Below the pieces are notes generated by a model, which worked only from the letters and a program-made list of their open reading frames with translations, searched no databases and had not been told where the DNA came from. From Octopus vulgaris (taxonomy: Eukaryota), in assembly GCA_951406725.2 (NCBI GenBank), contig OX597828.1:2666001-2730000 (forward strand): a stretch of DNA of 64,000 nucleotides, read 5' to 3'. Below, in pieces: positions 53,890 through 64,000 of the stretch. Each line of letters begins with the position of its first letter. Positions within the stretch are counted from its first letter, which is position 1. A program made the position numbers and the translations under genes.

Positions 53890-54140
53890 CATCCCTCTTA
53901 TATAATAGTTTCACTTTATTAGTTTCAGTATTAAAGTGAAAGCATGTGATATTACAATAGAGAGATGTTTTTGTTTCACTTTTAACACGTAATACTGAAA
54001 TAGTGGAGAAGATGTGATATTGCTGTGAGCTCGCCCTAGCAAGAAGTTAAAAGTAAGGCATGTGCAAAATTTGAATGAAATTGGTTGTGTAGTTCTCAGG
54101 TTTTAGGGATTCACACAGACAGACACACATTCTCAGTTAT
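53890..54140 (-). mobile_element. Helitron-like repeat, same family as 2188-2460
   Basis: Reverse-complement similarity (GTAATACTGAAATAGTG..GATATTGCT..GAGCTCGC..AAATTTGAATGAAAT..CACATTCTCAG). Confidence 0.6.
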
Positions 54141-54280
54141 ACACATATGCGCATACATACACACACACACACAAACACATATGTACATGTATAAACATAT
54201 ACATGTGTATAGGTGTGTCTATGTGTGTGCGCGTGATATATTTTTCGCTATAATCATAATTAAAACTTTTCCTAAATATA

Positions 54281-54471
54281 GACGCAGGAGTGGCCGTGTG
54301 GTAAGTAGCTTGCTTATCAACCACATGGCTCCGGATTCAGCCCCACTACATGGCACCTTGGTCAAGTGTCGTGCCGCAGGACTTACAAAGAATAAGTCCT
54401 GGGATCGATTTGTTCGACTAAAGGCGGTGATCCAGCATGGCCACAGTCAAATGACTGAAACAAATAAAAGA
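54281..54471 (+). mobile_element. SINE family A, internally deleted
   Basis: The head is joined directly to the tail. Confidence 0.82.
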
Positions 54472-54883
54472 ATACCTAATATATCAAAGTGGTGTGATAA
54501 ATATATTTTCTCTACGATAAATATCCGATATCCCATGGATTATATTTCCGAAGAACACTCTTGAATTCCGACTTGTCACAGCTCTATCATATCATATCCT
54601 AATAGCCATCCAAACACAATAGTATTGGGCAGACCATGGCACCATAATGTCCGGCATTTCTGTGATCGCGACCTATCATTATATGATTCAATCATTATAT
54701 TTTTTACGACAGTGATAGTACGGCAAACACCACATACTGATACAGTAAATACCGTTATGAGAAATATATTACAGGTTTAGCGGTCATAAGTCCTCGCTCT
54801 GTATCTTAACAATGTTGTCCTCTGTCCATGGCAAAGTCAGTGGCTCCAGTTTTCATAGATGTAGTCTAACTGATGGTGGGTAT

Positions 54884-55300
54884 CTTTTATTTGTTTCAAT
54901 CATTAGACTGCGGCCATGCTGGAGCACCGTCTTCAAAAATTGTCAGTCGAATGAATCGACTCCATTGCTTTTTTTTAAAGTCTGGTACTTAACCGCCAAG
55001 TTACGGACGCGTAAACATACCAACACCAGTTGTCAAGCGGTTCAGGGGGACCGATACAGACACGAACACGAAGACGCGCGCGCGCAGACACACACTCACA
55101 CATACACACACACTCATATATGTGTGTGTGTGTATACGACAGGCTTCTTTTAGTTTCCGTCTACCAAATCCACCCACAAGGCTTTGGTCGGTCCGAGACT
55201 ATAGTAGAAGACATTTGCCTAAAGTGCCACGCAGTGGGGCTGAACCTGGAACCATGTGGTTGAGAATCAAGCTTCTTACCACACATCCACACCTGCGCCT
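54884..55300 (-). mobile_element. SINE family A
   Basis: Reverse-complement head and tail. Confidence 0.85.
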
Positions 55301-56034
55301 TGGTAGTGTTTAATTAACAACTGTTTTGTTAGTTTGTAGTGCCGGGTCGTAACTGATACCGCCTCCATATCAGAAGAATTATTATCCAGGACACAATAAA
55401 AACGAAGAGCCGAAGTCCCGACAATTCCATCCCTAGTTATTGATACTCTCAGCCAATCAATATACACTTCACATATCTCCACGGTTTATTATTTTTTTAC
55501 ATCATCATGATTTACTACATCACACGATCAGAATAAAATATATATATCAGAGTACGATAAATCTATTGTATGATTTCTTTAAGCTTCTGTTGATACTACC
55601 GTGATTGATTATACTCCATCACCATGACAAAAAGCCACCTCCATAATAAATCCCGTAGACCTTCTATCTTTGCCAGATTATTCTTGTAATAGACATGAAC
55701 ATCGTTCTACACATTAGTCTATATTGCAGCAGGAGCTGAGAAAGCATTCGACTAGACTTTATCTGCTGCAGTAAACAGAATGTGTCAATATTCCCTAAAT
55801 AGTACTGCGAACACTCAATAATAATAACAACTATAATATTAACGATTTCTTTTTATTATCGAAAGGGCGACGGATGGAGAACATTTGTAATGACGTTTTC
55901 TTCATTTGCTACAAGGTCACCGAAGAGAGAGAGAGTAAAAGTGGGGGTGTTACATTGAAAAAAATAAATCTCAGTTGAAAGAAATGTAAAAATATTCAAT
56001 TAGAAACCAAAAAAAACGTTAAATTAATAATCAT

Positions 56035-56180
56035 ATTGGCTTCAAATTTTGGCACAAGCTATGGGGGAGGGATTAAGTCAATTAGATTGGCCCCAGTGCT
56101 CCGCTGGTACTTATTTTATCGACCCCGAGAGGATGAAAGGCAAAGTAGACCTCGACAGAATTTGAATGCCGCTAAGCAAT
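56035..56180 (-). mobile_element. SINE family B, partial
   Basis: GGTACTTATTTTATCGACCCCGAGAGGATGAAAGGC core. Confidence 0.75.
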
Positions 56181-56299
56181 TTGTACTCACCAGGAATACT
56201 ACGGCAAGTGCTCCTCTCTTCTCAGCCAACAGGCGCCAGCGAGTAAACCATCCTCGCCTCATTTACCTACGTGTCAATAAAGTTATTACAGGGTATCCT

Positions 56300-58290
56300 T
56301 CTTAATCCTCACTTTCCTTTTCAAATGGAATTTTAAAACGTCTTTGAGGCTTTGGTTGAAAAGGAAAGTGTCTATCTTGAGTCCTTTGTCTTATCCACCG
56401 CACAACCTCTTCCGCCATAGCCTGAGAAAAACTACCTGCCCTTCCCCACTAAAGAAATGTGGCGGGACGATCATCACAAGTCGGTCGATAGCCAGATCCG
56501 ACCTACACATTATAGCAGGCGTTTGACATAACTTCTCAAGTCAGTATTGCTGTAGCACTGAACGAGTGAGTGCAGGACGGTTTCTTTGCTCTGTGCGCAT
56601 CTCGAAAAGATGCGGCTGACGGTACTGCAATGCCTGTAGAGTCTATCCCGAACCGGCAATGCCTATAGAGTTTATCCCAGTAGCATTGCCGGCTAAAGAT
56701 TTCTGGAAATTATCTATTGACCCCGGCCCAAAAGCCTTTTGGAAAAGACCAGCCAGTTGATTTTTGTCGACGCCCAGTTTCCTCGAAGACATCGTCGCTC
56801 TTACCCACCGCTAATCCTCTAAACAACTCTATAGTGGAACATCCACCGACTGCATTTCTGACTGTTTAGTGTGAGCGCCTGACAGTACTCAAGGTGTCAA
56901 AAATTCTGCGATTGATTCAGGACAGCAGGTCTGTCAGAAACAAGCTGCGGAAAAGCTCCATATAAAACAAACAGCAGTCAATCCTTCTCACAGTCTAGGA
57001 AACGCTGGGGATGTCGTAGCCTCCGCGCATGTCTGTACACCATCAGTTACATCTCCAATCCCCCATTCAGCGGATGCTGACATCAAGTGGACTGTCTGAC
57101 CAGCGGTACGTGTCCTCTCTACAAATTAACATGTTTTGGCAGTAGTTGATGATGGGTGCGATGTAGGCCCAACCCTTCAGGGATAGTTTCCTCTCGCCCT
57201 ATTTCTGGTAAGGCTATACACTCTGCTCGTCATTTCTCGTTAGGTCTTGTTTATCCGAAGGTCTGAAGCAAACTAAACTCCAAACTATTTAACTGGTCCG
57301 TCCAGTGCCTAACGACGCTGTTCGACGATATGGACCTGCTTTTCCAGGTGGTCCAACGACTTCTTCCGTTTAATTTTTGCTCCTATCACAGATTCATATT
57401 ACCTTAGTGTAGTTCCGATTATTTCGATGTGTTTGATGGCCGAAACTATTACGGTGACGTCATGCGTATATGCAAACACGGATGTTCCGCATCTTAGTAC
57501 TCGCGGATGTTGTTAAAAAAACTTTGACAGTAATGCCTCTAGAGTCAACACGTTGAAAAGAAGAGGGAGAGTGTATCCTTGACAATCTGATCGCATTATA
57601 CTGAGCGATTCCGACAGGTGTCCACTTACTCTGATCTTGAGTAAATGTCACAATGCATTGCATCCCCTGAAGACGGCGTCGAAACCAGCCGCCTTCAAGG
57701 CATCTACCAAATTTATTGATGGTCAACCTTATCGAAAGCTTTCAGCTGATTACTCAACCTTTTTATGATGTATAAAGGTTGTCAAGGACAGATCTGTATG
57801 GCATGGCATATATTTGCGCTTCACCCATCTGAGTATCGACAACAAAGGCCGACAGACTTGACATCTACATTTATCAGAGTTATTGACCTAAACTTGTTAA
57901 AATCATTCCCTTTGTTTGGGTCTTTTCTCAGCAACACCACAATTCTATTCGCAGGACTGGAAATTTACCCGTTTTGCTGCCAGTTGATAAGAGGCCCGTA
58001 AACAAGTCTGGTATTTGACAATAAAGCTCGTAAAGCAGACCATCCAGCTCCGGTGACGTCTCTATCATGCAATCCATCATCGCTTCACGTATTTCGTCAA
58101 CTCTTATTGGTCTTTCCCAGAACTCCACATTCCCAGTCGAGAGCTGCAACAGACCATCGAGGTAGCGGAGAAGTCTACCCTTTCTCCCGTTTACCGTTCG
58201 CCCCATAAACTTAAGCAAAGTATTACTGCAAAGATGCTTACATCTGCTTGGAATCGAGTAGCAAATGCCCCACCCGATCCGTAAAAGATT
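56300..58290 (-). mobile_element. L1/Tx1-clade LINE ORF2 remnant, heavily decayed
   Basis: PIRVDEIREAM..TSPELDGLLYELY (SPGxDG), KAFDKVDH, degenerate YADD-VTVIVS..YESVIGAKI, and C-terminal zf-RVT-like ALPVRDRL..RCAQSKETVLHSLVQC. Confidence 0.8.
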
Positions 58291-58755
58291 AATTCTAGCT
58301 TCATACCTTATTCTCTTAGCACAATCTATTGAATGATAAATCAGAAAAAGTTTACCAATGTTTGTATACGCATAAATACACTTTTCTAAATTTATATAAT
58401 TATATATTTATATAATTATATATTTGTAAGATATAAAATCAAAAATATAATATAGACATACTTTTCATCTCATCTTTATTAACATTTCCCAATCTAATCC
58501 TTTGTATGTTACATCCCTCATGATAAGTTACTGCTGTCTTTCTACCATCTCCCTCACATAAACTTTTATAAACATAATTATATTTAAATATAATGATAGA
58601 TATATTTTTCAAACAAATTTGATATTTTAACAGAATTTCAACGTTCAATATTAGCTAAATTTTAAACGATCAATTTCTAATCAAAAGAACCCTGCGTCCT
58701 ACTAAGTAGTTTGTTTACATTTGAAAATTCCTAAACATAGTCCTCAAATAAGTTA

Positions 58756-60022
58756 TTTAGAATCCCATAAGTTCCGTCCGAATTTTGAATACAGAAAATA
58801 AGTGATCAAATGTTATATTTAATTGAAATTTAGTCATCAATGCACTTTCCCTGATTATCTATGACTTCCTTCCATCTATTTACAAGCTTTTTAATCCCAT
58901 CAATGTAAAACTTATTTGGTTTCAAAGCGAAGAACTCTGAAACGTCAGTTTCGACCTCCTCCAGGCTTGCAAAAATTATGTCCCCCAAATGATTCTATAA
59001 ACTACGCAACAAGTGGTAGTCTGAAGGAGCAACGTCGGGAGAATAAGGTGGATGAGGAATTTTTTCCCAACCAAGCTCTTCGATCTTTGTGGAGTCGTGC
59101 ATTGTCCTGATGAAACGTCACTCCTTTTCGATTCACTAAAGCGTGTCTTTTTTTCTTCAAAGCTTGGTTCAAACGCTCTAATTCCAGACAATAGACTTGA
59201 GCATTGATTGTTGCATTAGGTAGTAACAATCCAAAGTGAATTACTCCTTTGCAGTCCCACCAGATAGAGAGAAGAACCTTTTTCCATGAAGTTCCCTTCT
59301 CGGTTGTGGTTGAGTTTTTTCCTTTTACCAAGCCACTGTTTACGACGTTTAACATTTCGAAAGAAGATCTGTTTTTCGTCATCAGTCACAAGTCTATCCA
59401 AAAAAGGTGAAATAAGTTCGCGAGAATGGAGAGAAGAGCAGATGTCAAATCGGAATTTACGGTTGCTTTCAGACAATTGATGAGGCACCCATTTTCCAAG
59501 TTTAGGAACATTTCCAAATTGTTAAAGATGATGATGAACAGTTGTATGGTTTGAACTAAGCTTTATTGCCAATACTTCCACTGAAAATGCAGGATTTTCT
59601 TCAAGTAATGCCTCAAGGAGCTTATCATCAAACTCAACTGGACATCCTGTTCGATCTTCATCTTCAAGACTGAAATCTCCACTCCTGAATTTTGCAAACC
59701 ATCTTGTGCAAGTTCTTTCATTTAAACATTCTTTCCCATAAACTGAGTGTATGTTTCGAGTCACTTCGGCTGCAGAGTTTCCTTTTTTTGTACTCATAAA
59801 GCATTATGTGCCTCAAATGCTCTTTGGATACTTCCATGTTAGAAAGGGTTTTAATCAAAATAAATTTTAATTCTATTATTCTGTGAAATAATATTTAATT
59901 AGTTTAAATGTACACAAATGCATAAAAATAATTTTTAATTCCATTAGACATTCTAAAATACTATTAAATTTCATTCAATCTTAAAAAAGGTAAAATCGGA
60001 CAGAACTTATGGGATGACCTGA
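58756..60022 (-). mobile_element. Mariner transposon (Mos1/Hsmar1-like), full length, decayed
   Basis: TIR core ATCCCATAAGTTCYGTCCG at both ends, TA-flanked; about 1.27 kb. Confidence 0.92.
58830..59837 (-). pseudogene. Mariner DD34D transposase with frameshifts
   Basis: MEVSKEHLRHIMLYE.., RWFAKFRSGDFSLEDEDRTG, WVPHQL, LVTDDEK, VLLSIWWD, FHQDNAR, PYSPDVAPSDYHL. Confidence 0.92.
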
Positions 60023-60712
60023 TAGAATGTTCAAAGTGATACTGATATCTTTATTGTCACGAAAAAATGTTCTTTAAAATAAGTTGCTGACTTTTAATAA
60101 CAAGTTAGTGTTGTTGTTGTTGTTTACATGTACGATGTAATGATTGCAATAATTAGAAAGTGCCAATAATAATCAAATGACTGTTATACATCAGTTGCAA
60201 GAAAGTGCAGATAAAAAGTTCATTTCTAGAGTTTAGAAAAAATTATACAAGGTTCAAAATAATATTGATATTTTTATTGCACCAAAAATGTACATCAAAA
60301 TAAGTTGACAAGTTAGTATTCTTGTTCATATCTATGATGTAATGATTATAATACTTTGAAAGTACCGATCATAATCGCATAATGATTATAGTAATTTGAA
60401 GTGTCAGTTATAATCAAATAATGGTTATATGTTATTTGCTAGAAAGTGCAGTTAAAATATTTTCATATAATGAATGACTGGTATATTTAAATGAATACAC
60501 ATTGGTAAGACACAAAAATTTAGTAAAGTACAAGGAATGTTTGGGAGTAAAAACATTGATCTAACCTAACGATAAAACACGAGAAGATTTGCCAATAGTT
60601 GGAATGCATGTAAGTATATGTGGGCATGGATGTAAGTACACGTATCTGGATTCTGTAGAGTGCATAAGTAGGGTTTGTGTAGAGCTTGGTGATAAAAGCA
60701 GAAGTAAATATA

Positions 60713-60878
60713 TCTATTTCTTTACTACCCACAAAGGGCTAAACACAGAGAGGACAAACAAAGACAGACAAAACGTATTAAGTCGATTACGTCGACCCCA
60801 GTGTGTAACTGGTACTTAATTTATCGACCCCGAAAGGATGAAAGGCAAAGTCGACCTCGGCGGAATTTGAACTCAGAA
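60713..60878 (-). mobile_element. SINE family B, 5'-truncated
   Basis: Tail and core closely match the copy at 43022. Confidence 0.88.
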
Positions 60879-60896
60879 GTAAATACATCGAAAAGA

Positions 60897-60951
<55 letters not shown>

Positions 60952-60952
60952 T

Positions 60953-60993
<41 letters not shown>

Positions 60994-61545
60994 CACATTT
61001 GGATATGAATATTTCTGAGTGAATGGATATCGGTATGTAGAAATGGGTAATGGCAAATTAATACGTTCATGTTAGTCAAGAATCTCATTGACTATCAAAA
61101 GGCTTTCTTCTGAACAAAAATAAATGAAATTAAGGTTTTTGAGCAGAGCAAGTAGATATCATGCTGGGAGTAATGAAAAGGGGTCATTTGAAGGAAAACA
61201 GTTACTGACAATAAAAATAAAAGATACTTCGAGTCCATGTCTTAAGACAAAATAAAAACCCTTTACAATAATGTAAAAAGATAAAAAAACAGAAATAGAC
61301 AGAATGTCAGTTTAGATTTATATTTCTGCATTAATTTGTTTTTGTTTTTTTCGCTTCTATCAACGAATTTATTCTTTTTTTTTTTTTGAAAATTATATTT
61401 TTATTCTTACTGCCACTATATACATAGTTTTGGTATTTTAACTTGTATCAACTTGAATCTATGAGCTACTCTGTAAAGAGAGAAAGCTAATTATGCAAAG
61501 GTATATACAAGAAAGGAGATTGAACGTGATTCAGCAGTACTTTAA

Positions 61546-62700
61546 AAGCAATCTAGTTGGTTTGGCTGCCAGCATTTCAAAAATTAAAGTTTATCGAAAA
61601 TTTTAAAACTTGGCACATTAATATATTTTTCCAAGCTGAATTGCTGGAGTTATTTTACTTTTTCCAGAAAATTGTTTTTAAAAAGTTATAGAGGTTTAAA
61701 ATTTGATCATTTTCACCCAGTCAGTAAACAGGATGTGGAAGCTGTCATTTTGTGCGTGACTTTTCTATTCTTTTATTCTTTTACTTGTTTCAGTCATTTA
61801 ACTGCGGCGATGCTGGAGCACAGCATCCTGAAAATAGCACGTGTTGTCAATATTTGTAAACAACACGTGTTTTGTAGTTTGAAGCATTCAATATGCATTT
61901 AATGCGATAGCACGAACTTAAAAGGTATCTAAAAAAAACAACTTATTTAGCTGTTATTCTTAGCACACCTCACAACCGCCTCGATGACAAAATGAAACGA
62001 GTAAACAAGTAGTTTTAAGCATTCAATATGCATTTAATGCAAATGCGATGAACAACAGGTTACATGCGATAAACACATTACAATTTTCCCCCACAAATGT
62101 TTTCAATACAGACTTTAACAGAAAGATTTGGAAGAATTAGATAAAAGTTCTCCGGCAACTTTCTATCGTGCAAATTTATGTTTATGTTAATTTAAAAGAT
62201 TTATCTAAAAAACGTTCTTTATCTGTTATTTTTAGCACACCTCACAACCACCTCAATGGCAAAAAGAAACGAGTAAACAATTAGTTTTGAGTATTCAATG
62301 TGCATTTAATGCAAATGCGATGAACAACACGTTGCAAATTAAATATCTAAAAAAAACAAACATGTTGTTGACCAGTTCATAAATTCACATGCTCAATTGT
62401 CCACAGACAGGTAAAACAAATGGTTTCAATATATTTGTCAACACGTGCTTTCTCGCAGACAAAATAGAACTCGTGTTCCGCTTGTAACTATGGATACAGG
62501 CATTAATGTGTCTGTGGCTTACGATTGGCTAAAATGATCAAACTTTTCAAACTTTAATTGCTAAGAACTCTTTTATTTATTGATTTATAGCGAAAATGAT
62601 TTTCACATCATTCATTAGCCAATAAAAGTGTATCATTACACTGAATATGAAATCAATTCGAACAGAATTGATGCTGGTAGCCAAACCGACTTGAATCACT
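61546..62700. mobile_element. Non-autonomous TTAA-flanked DNA transposon (Kolobok-like)
   Basis: TTAA at 61542-61545 and 62701-62704 is equidistant from the TIR core AGTYGGTTTGGCTRCCAGCAT. There is an internal ~105-bp duplication (61950-62056 / 62223-62327) and a nested SINE A tail at about 61765-61825. Confidence 0.7.
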
Positions 62701-62907
62701 TTAAAAGCAACCTACCTGATGAAGTGATGGCGTACATCTGCTGCTGGGTCATGGTTATGTAATTATTTATAAAATAATTTACGTAATGGTTTGAGACTGA
62801 AAACTCAGAAATCTGCAGCTGTCGCCACTGCACGGAAACAGATACTGTAATTTGTAAATAAACAAATTTGTATTTAAAGGCTGTTTATTCCATCTTTTTA
62901 TTGTACA

Positions 62908-62959
<52 letters not shown>

Positions 62960-62961
<2 letters not shown>

Positions 62962-63342
62962 TCTTTTACTTGTTTCAGTCATTTGACTGTGGCCATGATG
63001 GAGCACCGCCTTTAGTCGAGCAAATCGCCCCCAGGACTTATTCTTTGTAAGCATAGTACTTATTCTATCGGTCTCTTTTGCCGAACCGCTAAGTTACGAG
63101 GACGTAAACATACCACCATGGGTTGTCAAGCGATGTTGGGGGGGGGGGGGGCAAACACAAACATATACACATACATATATACGACAGGCTTCTTTCGGTT
63201 TCCGTCTACCAAATCCACTCACAAGGCTTTAGTTGGCCCGAGACTATAGTAGAAGACACTTGCCCAAGGTGCCACGCAGTGGGACTGAACCCGGAACCAT
63301 GTGGTTGGTAAGCAAGCTACCTACCACACATCCACTCCTACG

Positions 63343-63344
<2 letters not shown>
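62960..63344 (-). mobile_element. SINE family A, full length
   Basis: Complete reverse-complement copy between two TA runs. Confidence 0.92.
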
Positions 63345-63412
<68 letters not shown>

Positions 63413-63810
63413 CAGCTTACTTCAAGACTGTTTGGTGGATGGACCCTGAACGAAGCTACACTGAAAATTATGCCCTGTTGCGCTTGCAACTGCCCATACT
63501 CTGTGCAGTGGAAACACGTGTACGCCGTAATAACCATAAGAATATGGTGTATGAAATTGTAAAATAAAAGGAAATAAATTTGGGGGATTAACAATTTCCA
63601 TATTCTATATCGTTATAATTATTGCTAATATACATTCCAGATAATATTACCATCCAGAGAAGCGAACATGGAATTAACCATCGGAGGAATTTACAGCGTG
63701 AGTAACAACTCATAACAGTCATAGACGTTAAATACTAATCGATACAGTTAGCCGTAACCCGGAACATAACTGAGAGCCACCACGGTATCCATCCGGATAA
63801 TATATCCCTC

Positions 63811-63914
<104 letters not shown>

Positions 63915-64000
63915 TGTCAGGCTCCTCTCCTCGGAAGATAATATTTGAACGTTAAGATCTGATGACAGGTGCGAGTGGAGGTATGTTTGCGTGTGTGTTT

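Noticed and set aside
55580-55800. AEKAFD peptide (+) and a possible mitochondrial-code frame (-)
   Set aside because: These are isolated short matches with no flanking RT or cytochrome b similarity, and are probably chance.
61950-62330. Spaced direct repeats resembling a CRISPR array
   Set aside because: There are only 2-3 long degenerate units inside a DNA transposon in eukaryotic DNA, and no cas genes.

Overview
This window is AT-rich, microsatellite-saturated animal DNA. The SINE families and simple-repeat load suggest a cephalopod (octopus-like) genome; this is an inference. I found no intact host protein-coding gene, and almost every listed ORF is a translation of (TA)n, (CA)n, (TATG)n or (GATA)n repeats. 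The region is a graveyard of transposable elements. DNA elements: two full-length but decayed mariners (30.1-31.4 kb and 58.8-60.0 kb), a TIR-bounded hAT element with a broken BED-finger transposase (14.0-17.0 kb), hAT MITEs with 8-bp TSDs, a Kolobok-like TTAA element and several Helitrons, one carrying a Pif1-helicase remnant. Retroelements: RTE, CR1 and Tx1 LINE fragments, two Penelope-like GIY-YIG remnants, and more than 20 copies of two SINE families. The most interesting observations are: minimal hammerhead-ribozyme-like motifs with covarying stems and non-canonical cores in the Penelope tails; an RTE LINE ending in three C2H2 zinc-finger repeats; a CR1 LINE and a SINE sharing a 3' tail; and a 140-nt branched fold-back just downstream of a possible terminal exon. 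I cannot support a claim of a wholly new biological system from the sequence alone.
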